A stretch of DNA of 64,000 nt, taken from contig CBDIID010000003.1 in the NCBI GenBank assembly GCA_965279515.1, forward strand, positions 4,384,001 through 4,448,000, read 5' to 3'. The stretch is from Turneriella sp. Lineage in GTDB: Bacteria > Spirochaetota > Leptospiria > Turneriellales > Turneriellaceae. The translations under genes and the position numbers were made by a program. Numbering within the stretch: the first letter of the stretch is position 1; each line of letters starts with the position of its first letter. Below, piece after piece: positions 10,096 through 20,118 of the stretch. The notes under the pieces are model-generated. The model saw only the letters and a program-made list of their open reading frames with translations, did not search any database and was not told the origin of the DNA.

Positions 10096-10797
10096 TTATT
10101 CCGGTTGAAAAGGCGTAATGGGCCCCGGCGGTGAAAACGCCCGATTTTTAAGTTCGGCGCCAAAGCTTTCGGCGACGCCCAGGCGCACGCGGCGGATCAA
10201 ATCATATTTATTGTACGAAGGCAGAATATTGGTCATAAACTCGGCATGGCGCCGGCCCTTGCGGTACTCGGGCTCTTTCGGTGGAGGCCGCAGGTAGTAG
10301 GGTATCGTGCCGATGGCCTTTTTGTCATAGAGCAAAGTGCCGTGGTGCATAATCCAGCCCCGCTTACGGCACTGCGCATTCCCCGAAAATTTACGGATTG
10401 CGCCGCGGCATAAAATCGCCAGGTCGGAGTATCCCTGCCGGGAAACTTTGGAGCCCAGCCGGCAGGCGACGGCGGCGAGAATTTTCTCATACGAGAAGCC
10501 GACATTCATGAATTCGGGAAATTTTTCCAGGGAAAGAAACAGGCTGTAGTTGAGGTTGCCATCCGCATGGATGACCGAGCCGCCCCCCGATATGCGCCGG
10601 TAGACAGGGGGATGTCCCTTGTGCAGCCAGATCTCTTTTTCCTTTTCGAGTGATTTGCCGAGCACCAGCGCGGGAAAATTTTCGTAGAACAGCAGGTACA
10701 TCGACGCCGGGTCTTTTGCTGCACGCAGGAAAAAATCTTCAAAGGCAAGATTCACACCGCAGTGCCTGGATTTCAGCAGCGTGGTGTAGAGAATCAC
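10096..10797 (-). CDS. Lipoate-protein ligase family protein (catalytic domain only)
   Basis: NLAFED, RRISGGGSVIH, KFSGNAQ, HHGTLL; lacks the LplA C-terminal domain. Confidence 0.85.
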   Translation of the reverse strand: MILYTTLLKSRHCGVNLAFEDFFLRAAKDPASMYLLFYENFPALVLGKSLEKEKEIWLHKGHPPVYRRISGGGSVIHADGNLNYSLFLSLEKFPEFMNVGFSYEKILAAVACRLGSKVSRQGYSDLAILCRGAIRKFSGNAQCRKRGWIMHHGTLLYDKKAIGTIPYYLRPPPKEPEYRKGRRHAEFMTNILPSYNKYDLIRRVRLGVAESFGAELKNRAFSPPGPITPFQPE

Positions 10798-10800
10798 AGC

Positions 10801-13140
10801 TCAGGTAAGCTTAGCGATTTTGAGTTCCGCTGCGGTCGCGTGGTTATCGAGCACGAAATAGTTCCGCTCGTCCGAAAGCGCCGGCGCGATGGTGTCGCGC
10901 GCAAGGGTGCGCAGCGGCACGTCTGCATCCGCGTAGCGGATGGTGAAATCGGCAGGCAGCGAGAAGATATGCTTCGTGGCATTGGATAGCCCTTTAAGCT
11001 TCAGAGAGCCAGCCGCCAATTCGAGGCCCGTGACTGACCAGGGCGTATAGATGTTCTCCACCTTAGCTTCGCCGGTGAGCCATTTCTCGCGAAAACCCGA
11101 AAGCCAGATGATAGCCTCGCTACCATCGACGAGCGCCATTTCGCGCGCAACCAGATTGCGTATCATAATGATCGCTTCGGCTGAGGCCCAGCCATGGAAG
11201 CCGTCGCCCATGCAACCACCGCCGGTATTGACGTGGATCGCTTCGGGGAAGGTATATGCCTTTTGTGCCTTCTCGCGGATGCTGCGGATAATTTTCCGCG
11301 CCTCGGCGGTGCGGCCGAAATAGAGATAACTCTCTGCCATCTGCAATGTCAGGTAGGGGTTGAGCCCGGAATGGATATTTTCCTGGAAAAAGCAGCCGCG
11401 GAAAAAATAATTATCGCGGATGATGTTCAGGGTGCGCATCAGGCGCTGGTCGGCGAATTCTGCCACCTGTAGCGGGTAGGCGGCGGCGATCGAACCGATC
11501 ATGCCCGCGTCTTTGCCACGGCCCAATGCCGCCGGCAGATACGAATAGGCCGCCAGATAGCGGTTGAGCGAACCTGAGAGATTGTCATAGATCTTGCGCG
11601 CGCGCTCCTCGAGGCCAATGACCTTGAGGTGGGGCTGAATTGCTTTCAGCCCCCCGAGCGCCCAGAAATTATCCCAGAGATACCAGTCAGCCGGCCCCAA
11701 ATGTTCGGCGGAAAAACCCGGTGGCAATACACCACCATGCTGCAAACTGGCTTTTTCGATCCATGTCAGCATCTTCTCAATCTGTTTCTTGAGCTGCTGG
11801 ATGACCACACCATCATGGGTGAAGCGCACATATTGCGCGAGAATCCACAGCGCCTGGCCATTGGCATCCCACTCGCCGCTCTGCGACAGGAAAAGACCCG
11901 AAGGTTTGACCAGGCCGACAAAACGTTCGATGATCGGCCGCACGGCTTTTTTCGCCCCCATGAGCAGCAGCGCATACATCATGATCACGGCGTCGCGGAT
12001 CCAGAAATGGTGGTAGGTATAAGAGCCGGGTTTGATCGAATCAAAGTCCCAGAGCGCGATGAGATGGCTCTTCGCATGTTCGAGCCAGTCGCCGTATTCC
12101 TTCGGCAACTCGGCCGTCAGCATATCGCCGAAATATTCATCGACGATTTTGCGTGCGCTTTTGTCGGCCAGCGCGGCCGGCATGTATTCGGCCTGGTGGT
12201 CGCGGATGGTGCCTGTGCAGCGGTCAGCAGCGCTGAAATAAAACGCGGCTGTCGTGAGCCCGATCGAGTCTTTGGCGTCGTGCGCTTCGCGGAAGTTTTC
12301 TTTTTTGCGCGCCAGGCGCCGTATGCGGGGGACAATCCGCCTGAGCGCATCGCCGTTCTGCCAGTCTGAGACCAGCGCATGGTCGGGTGATTTTTCGAAG
12401 CTGAAATCAGCGTCGCCCGTCAGTTGGTGTTTTTTTTCGCTGTAATGCAGTTTGTAGAGCAGGGCTGGGCCTTCGACATTGAAGGGTCGCACCGAAAGCA
12501 GAATCGGCTTGGTACCCGAGGCCTTGAACTCAATACCCGTCGGCGTCGCGGTGTACTCGACAGAGATGCCCCGCCATTTACAGACAATGCGGTTCGCAGC
12601 CTTAAGTTCTAGTTTGACGTCTGCCGCGTTTGTCTGCGGGCGCACGAGGCGGCCATTGTCATAGGTGGCAAACTCGAGTGTGTAGGAGCCGGGATAAACC
12701 ATGATGCCGCCCGCCATATCGACCGAGGCTTCGATCGCGCGGCCGGGAAAACCAATCGCCACCCAGTTGCGCTGTGTCTGGTTCATTGAGAGAATGTTGT
12801 GTGAGCGCGGCAGAAACGACGTTGATGAGGGATTGTATTGTTCTTCGGCCCAAAGCGGCGGCAGAAATTTTCTGTTAAACTGGAAAAAGCTGTAGTTCCA
12901 AAACCCTGAGGCGAAGAGCCGCGAATTCATCGGCAAGGTTTCGGCGGGCCATTCGGTCTTGGTGGGGTTGCCCAGCTTCATTGCCGAGCGCAGCATGTCG
13001 GTGGCGTCCAGGGGAACGCCGACACGGCGCAGGAAAAAGCGGCCGATCGAAAGTTTAACCCGCGACCAACGCGAGTCTTTCGGTAAAACATATTCGCTCT
13101 GGCGGCGGAGCGGTGCGGCGGGCGGGCGACGGATGGTCAC
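10801..13140 (-). CDS. Six-hairpin (alpha/alpha)6 glycoside hydrolase-like protein (GH15-like)
   Basis: YHHFWIRDAV, GEWDANGQALW, FPEAIH...GWASAE. Confidence 0.65.
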   Translation of the reverse strand: MTIRRPPAAPLRRQSEYVLPKDSRWSRVKLSIGRFFLRRVGVPLDATDMLRSAMKLGNPTKTEWPAETLPMNSRLFASGFWNYSFFQFNRKFLPPLWAEEQYNPSSTSFLPRSHNILSMNQTQRNWVAIGFPGRAIEASVDMAGGIMVYPGSYTLEFATYDNGRLVRPQTNAADVKLELKAANRIVCKWRGISVEYTATPTGIEFKASGTKPILLSVRPFNVEGPALLYKLHYSEKKHQLTGDADFSFEKSPDHALVSDWQNGDALRRIVPRIRRLARKKENFREAHDAKDSIGLTTAAFYFSAADRCTGTIRDHQAEYMPAALADKSARKIVDEYFGDMLTAELPKEYGDWLEHAKSHLIALWDFDSIKPGSYTYHHFWIRDAVIMMYALLLMGAKKAVRPIIERFVGLVKPSGLFLSQSGEWDANGQALWILAQYVRFTHDGVVIQQLKKQIEKMLTWIEKASLQHGGVLPPGFSAEHLGPADWYLWDNFWALGGLKAIQPHLKVIGLEERARKIYDNLSGSLNRYLAAYSYLPAALGRGKDAGMIGSIAAAYPLQVAEFADQRLMRTLNIIRDNYFFRGCFFQENIHSGLNPYLTLQMAESYLYFGRTAEARKIIRSIREKAQKAYTFPEAIHVNTGGGCMGDGFHGWASAEAIIMIRNLVAREMALVDGSEAIIWLSGFREKWLTGEAKVENIYTPWSVTGLELAAGSLKLKGLSNATKHIFSLPADFTIRYADADVPLRTLARDTIAPALSDERNYFVLDNHATAAELKIAKLT

Positions 13141-14000
13141 GCGTTGGATTTTTTTCCGCGCGTCACGATGTAACCAAAAATCGCGGCCGTGAAAAACATC
13201 AGGATGCTGTAGATCGCGGCCGGCATGGCGATCGCGGTGTTCATGAGTACGGTTGTGGCGACCGCGATCGCGAGCGTACCATTGTGTATGCCGATTTCCA
13301 TGCCGACGGCAATCGCCTGCGGTTTTTCGACGCCGAAAACCCGCGGCGCAATATAACCCACAATGAGGCTCAGGGTATTGAAGAGCAGCATGACGAGACC
13401 CACATTCTTGAAATTATCGGCGAGTGTCGCCCGCTGGTCGACAACGGCGACGACGATGGCGAGTACCAGGGCAATGACCGAAAGAATCTTGACCGGCTTA
13501 TCGAGTTTTGCCGCGACACCCGCTGCGAAATGCCGTATCAGCATACCGATCGATACCGGGCCCAAAACGACGGCAAAGACCTGGATTACCTTTTGTGTCG
13601 GCAGCGGCACCTGTTGGTTCGCCGCGAGAAAGTGTGCGAGGCTGAAAGTGACAATGAGCGGCAGTGTGAAAAGACTTAAGAGGCTGTTCACGGCGGTGAG
13701 TGTGATGTTAAGCGCGACATCCCCCTTAAAAAGATGGCTGTAGAGGTTTGCAGTCACACCCCCAGGAGATGCGGAGAGCAGCATCACGCCGACCGCGAGC
13801 GTGCCCGGCAGGTTGAAGAGCTTGCAGAGCGCAAAAGCCGCAGCGGGCAGAATGAAGAGCTGACAAAACAAGCCGATAAAAGCCGCCTTGGGATAACGCA
13901 CGACGCGCGCAAAATCGCCGATCGTGAGGTGCAGCCCCAGCCCCAGCATAATGATTGCAAGGGCAAGGCTCAGTATTTTGGTCAGTAAGACGATGTCCAT
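13137..14000 (-). CDS. Bile acid:sodium symporter (BASS) family transporter
   Basis: IMLGLGLHLT, SPGGVTANLYSHLFKGDVAL, EIGIHNGTLA; multi-TM. Confidence 0.9.
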   Translation of the reverse strand: MDIVLLTKILSLALAIIMLGLGLHLTIGDFARVVRYPKAAFIGLFCQLFILPAAAFALCKLFNLPGTLAVGVMLLSASPGGVTANLYSHLFKGDVALNITLTAVNSLLSLFTLPLIVTFSLAHFLAANQQVPLPTQKVIQVFAVVLGPVSIGMLIRHFAAGVAAKLDKPVKILSVIALVLAIVVAVVDQRATLADNFKNVGLVMLLFNTLSLIVGYIAPRVFGVEKPQAIAVGMEIGIHNGTLAIAVATTVLMNTAIAMPAAIYSILMFFTAAIFGYIVTRGKKSNA

Positions 14001-14192
14001 GGGGCGGGGTAAAACAAGGGTTCATATATTAAAGAAGAAAAAAGATTTAAACGGGATAAAAACAATCGGCAAAGTTTTTGCGCGTCGCACAATCTGTGAA
14101 CTGGTGCGAAATACTTCGTTCTTTTTTCTAAAACTTTTCCCAACTTCGATTGACGCAATGTGACATAATGTGAATTCCATCCCTAGGTCTCT

Positions 14193-14331
14193 TCCCAGGA
14201 TTTTCTACCGGTTAAGCCGATAGAAAATCCCCGGACAGCACGATAATAAAGTTAGTAGGGGTGTCTAAAGGGTCGAACCATCGACTTTTTAGACAAACCT
14301 ATAGGCGCCCGCGGATTTATCCCGCAGGCGT
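14193..14331 (+). promoter_or_regulatory. Structured leader region (three hairpins) upstream of nrdJ
   Basis: Stems at 14198-14230, 14256-14301 (15-bp core) and 14305-14331, read directly from the sequence. Confidence 0.5.
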
Positions 14332-14361
14332 GAATTTGTATATTATATTAAGGGGTAGCTT

Positions 14362-17300
14362 ATGAAAATTGCGCGGCATTTCACACAAAAAGGTAAGGAC
14401 ATCTATAGTGACATAATCTTTGAGAAACGGACCTCGAAGATTACGAACACTGACGGTTCGGTAGCGTTTGAAGCGAGCGAGGTGGAGGTCCCTTCATCGT
14501 GGTCCAACGTTGCGACCGATATTCTCGCGCAGAAGTATTTCCGTAAGGCTGGCGTCGCCAAGGCATTGACCCCCGTTGCCGAAGAAGGCGTTCCCGAGTG
14601 GCTGCGCCGCCAGGTGCCCGACGAAGAGCAGCTCGCTAAATTCCCCAAAGAAGAGCGTTATACCCGTGAAACTTCGGCAAAGCAGGTCATGCACCGCCTG
14701 GCTGGTGCGTGGACATACTGGGGTTACAAGCACAACTATTTCTCCAGCGAAGAAGATGCGCGCGCATTCTATGACGAGCTTTCATACATGCTGATGAACC
14801 AGATGGCGGCGCCCAATTCACCGCAGTGGTTCAACACGGGCCTGCACTGGGCCTATGGTGTGGATGGCCCCTCGCAGGGACACTTCTATGTCGACCCGGT
14901 CACCGGCAAACTGGTGAAGTCTAAATCTTCATACGAGCACCCGCAACCGCATGCCTGCTTTATCCAGGCGGTCGACGATGATCTCGTCAATGCCGGTGGT
15001 ATCATGGATCTCTGGGTGCGCGAAGCGCGCCTCTTCAAATACGGTTCCGGTACCGGTTCGAACTTCTCCGCACTGCGCGGCGAAAACGAGCGCCTCTCGG
15101 GTGGCGGCAAATCTTCTGGGCTCATGAGTTTCCTGAAGATCGGCGACACTGCAGCCGGCGCAATCAAGTCAGGCGGCACAACACGCCGCGCGGCGAAAAT
15201 GGTCTGTCTCGACATTGACCATCCCGATGTTGAAGCATTCATTGACTGGAAAGTCACAGAAGAGGCGAAGGTCGCGAGCCTTGTCGCGGGCTCTAAAGCC
15301 ATCCGCAAGGTCATCGTCGAAGTTCTGGAAGCAGTTAAAGGCTGCGTCAAACAACCGTCGCTGCTCGACCCCAAGCAGAATAAAAATCTCGCGCTCGCAC
15401 TGAAAAAGGCACGCGCCTCAAACGTGCCCGATAGTTATGTACAGCGGATTATCCACCTGGCACGCCAGGGCTTTACATCGATCGAATTCGAAGAGTACGA
15501 TACCGACTGGACATCGAAGGCATACCTGACTGTCGCCGGCCAGAACTCGAACAATTCTCTGCGCCTTTCGAATGCTTTCCTGAAAGCAGTCGAAACAAAC
15601 GGCGACTGGGAGCTCACACGCCGCATCGACGGCAAAGTGCACAAAACGATTCCGGCTCGCGAACTTTTCGACAAACTTTCGTTCGCCGCGTGGTCATGCG
15701 CCGACCCGGGCCTGCAGTTTGACACGACGATCAACGAATGGCATACCTGCCCTGAAGACGGCCGCATCAATGCGTCGAACCCGTGCAGCGAGTATATGTT
15801 CCTCGATGACACCGCCTGCAACCTTGCATCGCTCAACATGATGCGCTTTTACGACGCGGAAAAAAACCGTCTCGACGTCGACGGCTACAAACACGCGATC
15901 CGTGTCTGGACCGTGGTGCTCGAAATCTCTGTGCTCATGGCGCAGTTTCCTTCGCAGCGCATTGCCGAACTCTCGTACAAATTCCGTACGCTGGGCTTAG
16001 GCTACGCAAACCTCGGAACATGGCTCATGGTCTCAGGCATTCCGTATAACTCTGCGCAGGCAAACGCCATCACGGGCGCCGTTACGGCAATCCTCACCGG
16101 CGTCAGCTACAAGACTTCTGCAGAGATGGCATCTGAACTCGGGGCATTCCCGGGTTACGAAAAAAACCGCGAGCACATGCTGCGCGTCATGCGCAACCAC
16201 CGCCGCGCTGCAAACAACGCGGCTGAAAGCGAGTACGAAGGCCTCAGCATTTTCCCGGTCGGTATCAACGGCAAGTATTGCCCGGATTACCTTCTCGCAG
16301 ACGCTCGCCTTGCGTGGGATGAAGCCCTCGCCCTCGGCGAAAAGCACGGCTACCGCAATGCGCAATCCACCGTGATTGCACCGACAGGCACCATCGGCCT
16401 CCTGATGGATTGCGATACCACGGGCATCGAGCCTGACTTTGCGCTGGTGAAGTTTAAAAAACTCGCGGGTGGCGGTTATTTCAAGATTATCAATAAGTCA
16501 GTGCCGATGGCATTGCAGCACCTGGGTTATCAGAAAGACCAGATCTCGAAAATCATCGAGTACATAGTCGGTAGCGCAACGCTGGTGGGAGCTCCCCATG
16601 TGAACCGCGAAAACCTGAAACTGCGCGGTTTTACCGACGAAGTTCTGGATACGATCGAAGAGGCGCTGCCGACGGCGTTTGATATCAACTATGTCTTTAA
16701 CCGGTTTGTCGTCGGTGAGACATTCCTTTCGAATACGCTGAAGATTCCGAAAGAAGTTTTTGAGCGTGTCGATTTCAACCTGCTGCAGCACATCGGTTTT
16801 ACCGCCGAGCAGGTGGGCATCGCCAACGAAGCGATCTGCGGTACCATGATGATCGAAGGTGCGCCTTTCCTGAAAGACGAGCACCTGCCGGTCTTCGATT
16901 GCGCAAACAAGTGCGGTCGCCGCGGTAAACGTTTCATCCAGTACGGGGCGCATATCAATGTTATGGCTGCAGCGCAGCCTTTCATCAGCGGTGCGATCTC
17001 GAAGACGATCAACATGCCTTATGAAGCGACCGTCGAAGACGTGAAACAGGCATACATGGCTTCATGGAAAATGATGATCAAGGCGAATGCACTCTACCGC
17101 GACGGCTCTAAACTGTCGCAGCCGCTTTCCACTGTGGGCGAAAACATCTTCGACGCTCTCGAAGAGGATGAAGGTGCTGAAATCGCCGAAATTGCCGGTG
17201 CACCTACTGCTGTTAAAGCAGCCAAAATAGCCGAGAAGATCATCGAAAAAATTATCGTGCGCAAGATAGCCGAGCGCAAACGCCTGCCTTCGCGCCGTTC

Positions 17301-17913
17301 GGGTTATACACAGAAGGCCGTCATCGGCGGCCACAAGGTATACCTGCGCACAGGTGAGTACGAAGACGGTTCACTGGGTGAAATCTTCCTCGACATGCAC
17401 AAAGAGGGCGCGGCTTTCCGTTCACTCATGAATGGTTTCGCGATTGCGGTGTCCCTGGGCCTGCAGTACGGCGTGCCGCTCGAAGAATTCGTCGAAGCGT
17501 TTGTGTTCACGAAATTCGAACCAAACGGAGTGGTGCAGGGGCATGATCGCGTCAAGATGGCGACATCTGTCATGGACTTCATCTTCCGCGAACTTGCGAT
17601 CAGCTATCTCGACCGCAACGATCTCGCGCATGTCTCGCCCGAAGCGTTGGTTGTCGACCAGACAACAACCAAGGACGAAGTCATTGCCGAAGATGAACTG
17701 ACCGATCTTGTCGATCAGGCAGTTCCTGTTGCGGTGGGTGAGGCGACGACACGCGGTGGTCTGCGCGTCAAAGTGAGCGCCAACCAGATTCAGGAAGCGC
17801 GCATCAAGGGCTATGAAGGCACTGCCTGCCCTGAGTGCAGCTCGATGACGCTGGTGCGCAACGGTTCATGCCTCAAGTGCGAGACCTGCGGCGGCACTAC
17901 TGGCTGCTCGTAA
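14362..17913 (+). CDS. nrdJ: Vitamin B12-dependent (class II) ribonucleotide reductase
   Basis: [46 protein letters not shown] domain, C-terminal CPECSS...[19 protein letters not shown]. Confidence 0.97.
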   Translation: MKIARHFTQKGKDIYSDIIFEKRTSKITNTDGSVAFEASEVEVPSSWSNVATDILAQKYFRKAGVAKALTPVAEEGVPEWLRRQVPDEEQLAKFPKEERYTRETSAKQVMHRLAGAWTYWGYKHNYFSSEEDARAFYDELSYMLMNQMAAPNSPQWFNTGLHWAYGVDGPSQGHFYVDPVTGKLVKSKSSYEHPQPHACFIQAVDDDLVNAGGIMDLWVREARLFKYGSGTGSNFSALRGENERLSGGGKSSGLMSFLKIGDTAAGAIKSGGTTRRAAKMVCLDIDHPDVEAFIDWKVTEEAKVASLVAGSKAIRKVIVEVLEAVKGCVKQPSLLDPKQNKNLALALKKARASNVPDSYVQRIIHLARQGFTSIEFEEYDTDWTSKAYLTVAGQNSNNSLRLSNAFLKAVETNGDWELTRRIDGKVHKTIPARELFDKLSFAAWSCADPGLQFDTTINEWHTCPEDGRINASNPCSEYMFLDDTACNLASLNMMRFYDAEKNRLDVDGYKHAIRVWTVVLEISVLMAQFPSQRIAELSYKFRTLGLGYANLGTWLMVSGIPYNSAQANAITGAVTAILTGVSYKTSAEMASELGAFPGYEKNREHMLRVMRNHRRAANNAAESEYEGLSIFPVGINGKYCPDYLLADARLAWDEALALGEKHGYRNAQSTVIAPTGTIGLLMDCDTTGIEPDFALVKFKKLAGGGYFKIINKSVPMALQHLGYQKDQISKIIEYIVGSATLVGAPHVNRENLKLRGFTDEVLDTIEEALPTAFDINYVFNRFVVGETFLSNTLKIPKEVFERVDFNLLQHIGFTAEQVGIANEAICGTMMIEGAPFLKDEHLPVFDCANKCGRRGKRFIQYGAHINVMAAAQPFISGAISKTINMPYEATVEDVKQAYMASWKMMIKANALYRDGSKLSQPLSTVGENIFDALEEDEGAEIAEIAGAPTAVKAAKIAEKIIEKIIVRKIAERKRLPSRRSGYTQKAVIGGHKVYLRTGEYEDGSLGEIFLDMHKEGAAFRSLMNGFAIAVSLGLQYGVPLEEFVEAFVFTKFEPNGVVQGHDRVKMATSVMDFIFRELAISYLDRNDLAHVSPEALVVDQTTTKDEVIAEDELTDLVDQAVPVAVGEATTRGGLRVKVSANQIQEARIKGYEGTACPECSSMTLVRNGSCLKCETCGGTTGCS

Positions 17914-17943
17914 TAAGTGACTTCCGCTAGGTCTCGGCTTCCG

Positions 17944-17977
17944 GAGACCTGCGGCGGCACCACTGGCTGTTCTTAAT
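17944..17977 (+). repeat. Direct repeat of the nrdJ 3' end (copy of 17881-17914)
   Basis: 31/34 identical; all three differences are synonymous third-position changes. Confidence 0.9.
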
Positions 17978-17985
17978 CGGGGTTG

Positions 17986-18030
17986 TTAAGGGGGACGAGG
18001 CGTTTCGCAGAAACGCCGAAATCCCCTTAA
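17986..18030. terminator. GC-rich hairpin after nrdJ (terminator or REP-like)
   Basis: TTAAGGGGGA..GGCGTTTC-GCA-GAAACGCC..TCCCCTTAA. Confidence 0.5.
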
Positions 18031-18035
18031 ATATT

Positions 18036-18230
18036 TTAGGTCCCGGTTCTTTTGAAAAGTAAATAGAAAAGATCTTCGACGCGTTCCTGGTGGCGCACGG
18101 AACGCGGTTCCATGAGTATTGCCTGGCCCTTGACAGGCGCCTGTGCATTGAGCAGGGGCTGCCCCGTAGAGATTACTTTCTGCATCGCTGCCGCGAACTG
18201 AATCAAGCGGCCTTCATTGGATTCTTGCAT
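18036..18230 (-). CDS. Possible small hypothetical protein (64 aa)
   Basis: ATG ORF filling the gap downstream of the ferritin-like gene on the same strand; no recognisable motif. Confidence 0.3.
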   Translation of the reverse strand: MQESNEGRLIQFAAAMQKVISTGQPLLNAQAPVKGQAILMEPRSVRHQERVEDLFYLLFKRTGT

Positions 18231-18288
18231 AATCGACCTGTGGTCAGGCCTGTTATATTATCGGCAGCTCAGGCCGAAACGCTGAGTA

Positions 18289-18972
18289 TTATTTTTTCTT
18301 CGCCGTTCTTTTGGCCTGCTTCGGCTTTGTTTTTGGCTGGGCCTTCTTCTTCGCAGATTTTTTAGCCGGCTTTTTCACCGCTTTCTTCGCGGGTTTTTTC
18401 CGGGGCGAGGCCCCTTTCTCCGCTTCCAGGGGAACATTCATTTTTTCCTGCTGGTAGTCCTGGTGTGCATCGCTGTCGACGGCCGGATGTTGAAAGACCA
18501 TCACACCTTCGAGGAGTACAGCGCGTTCGCTGTTAAAGTTTGCCATCTGCTTAAACAGCATTTTGATCGGCGTTTCTGAAAATTTATCCGCGAGTTTTGT
18601 GAAAGCATGCATGGTATCTTCGGCCTCTTGCAAGGCCAGGCGCAATGCCTCGACTTCACTGCCATGCGCGCTCTTTTGCAGGTTGCGGTCGAGTTTTTTG
18701 ATGAGCTTCTGGATCGCCGTTGCCTGGAATTTATGCACCTGGCCCATGTGTTTCAGGTTGGGTAGGCCCTGGCTACCTGAATATTGCGCATAGATGCGTT
18801 CAATCATGCCGATATGGTCTTCGCTGTCTTCGGCCAGGTCGAAGAAAAAGTTTTTGATCGGGCCGTCCTTGAGTTCGTCGTGGGTTTTCATGCAAAAATC
18901 GAAAAAATCTTTCTCGTGCTGTATGCCTGCGGCCACTGCTTCGAGAAAACTGGTGTTTTTTACCGATGCCAT
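18289..18972 (-). CDS. Ferritin-like/rubrerythrin-like protein with Lys/Ala-rich histone-H1-like tail
   Basis: EAVAAGIQHEKDFFDF..FFFDLAEDSEDH..EALRLALQEAE four-helix pattern; tail KKPAKKAVKKPAKKSAKKK. ORF track start is 19008. Confidence 0.75.
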   Translation of the reverse strand: MASVKNTSFLEAVAAGIQHEKDFFDFCMKTHDELKDGPIKNFFFDLAEDSEDHIGMIERIYAQYSGSQGLPNLKHMGQVHKFQATAIQKLIKKLDRNLQKSAHGSEVEALRLALQEAEDTMHAFTKLADKFSETPIKMLFKQMANFNSERAVLLEGVMVFQHPAVDSDAHQDYQQEKMNVPLEAEKGASPRKKPAKKAVKKPAKKSAKKKAQPKTKPKQAKRTAKKK

Positions 18973-19054
18973 AATGTATAGGATTTCCCCGGGGGAGCGG
19001 TCTGTCACCCCCTTTTCTGTTTGACACTCCCATCGGCGAAAGAAACTTTATGCG

Positions 19055-20116
19055 ATGCCAAAACTCGCTGAATTAGCCCAAAAACTGGGTGGTACCCTGC
19101 AGGGTGATGCTAACCTCGAAATCGCCGGGGTGCGCGACCTCGAGCTTATCCGCGTGCGGGACCCGCAGGCGATGCCGGTAAAGGGGCATATTTACTTCGT
19201 AGAAAGCAAAAAGAATTTTAATGCCCACCCGGAAAGCAAGGAGTGCGATGCCTTGCTGACGACGAAGGCCCTGGCCCCGAATTATAAGAATGCCATCGTC
19301 GTAGAAGAGCCGGTGGCGCGTATTGCCTTTATCCGCCTTCTGGAGTTATTTGAAAAAATACCCGCACCGGTTGCGGCTGAAAAGGGTGGGGCATATATCG
19401 CCCCCGGCGCGAAGGTCGATTCGACTGCAATTATTATGCATGGCGCGGTGATTCTGGCAGGGGCCGAGATCGGTGCCGGATCCGTAATCCATCCGAATGC
19501 GGTGATTGAGCAGAATGTGAAAATTGGCGCACACACCGTGATCCATCCCACTGTTGTTGTGAAACAGGGCTGTACTATCGGCGACCACTGTATCATTCAC
19601 AGCGCTACGGTGATTGGGGCCGACGGTTTCGGCTTCTATGACAAAGAGGGCCAGCGCTATAAGATACCGCAGATCGGCAATGTCATCGTCGGCAACCATG
19701 TCGAAATGGGCTCGAGCTGTTCGGTCGACCGGGCGACGATTGAATCGACCACGATCGGTGATTATACTAAATTTGACGACCAGGTACATGTCGGGCACAA
19801 CTGCCAGGTCGGTAAGTATATCTACATTGCAGGCAACACCGTGCTTGCAGGCAGCGTCGTTTTGGAAGACAATGTCACCATCGGCGGGCAGACCGCGATT
19901 TCGGGCAAAGTTTTGGTGCGCAAGGGCAGCCTTGTCATGGGCATGAGCGCACTCGCCGCCGATTCAGAGCCCGGCACGATGTATTTTGGCATACCGGCGC
20001 GGCCGGCGCGCGAGATGCATAAGATCAACAGCTCGCTGGGTTATGTGCCTGAACTTTTAAAGCGTGTTTCGTCGCTCGAAGAAAAACTCGGTATCGCCCG
20101 CAAAGAAGCTGAGTAA
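19055..20116 (+). CDS. lpxD: UDP-3-O-(3-hydroxyacyl)glucosamine N-acyltransferase
   Basis: Hexapeptide repeats; IGADGFGF, KIPQIGNV, DRAT, DDQVHVGHN. Confidence 0.93.
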   Translation: MPKLAELAQKLGGTLQGDANLEIAGVRDLELIRVRDPQAMPVKGHIYFVESKKNFNAHPESKECDALLTTKALAPNYKNAIVVEEPVARIAFIRLLELFEKIPAPVAAEKGGAYIAPGAKVDSTAIIMHGAVILAGAEIGAGSVIHPNAVIEQNVKIGAHTVIHPTVVVKQGCTIGDHCIIHSATVIGADGFGFYDKEGQRYKIPQIGNVIVGNHVEMGSSCSVDRATIESTTIGDYTKFDDQVHVGHNCQVGKYIYIAGNTVLAGSVVLEDNVTIGGQTAISGKVLVRKGSLVMGMSALAADSEPGTMYFGIPARPAREMHKINSSLGYVPELLKRVSSLEEKLGIARKEAE

Positions 20117-20118
20117 CG

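Noticed and set aside
14085..14102. Possible NrdR box (GCACAATCTGTG) upstream of nrdJ
   Set aside because: Single poor match with no tandem partner
14150..14169. TTGACG...CATAAT as the nrdJ promoter
   Set aside because: Spacer is only 8 nt
17938..17955. CCGGAGACCTGC resembles the B12-box of cobalamin riboswitches
   Set aside because: Explained by the nrdJ codon duplication, lies 3' of the gene, and the other riboswitch elements are absent
17881..17977. nrdJ tail repeat as a diversity-generating retroelement TR/VR pair
   Set aside because: Only 34 nt, mismatches are not adenine-specific on either strand, and there is no reverse transcriptase in the window
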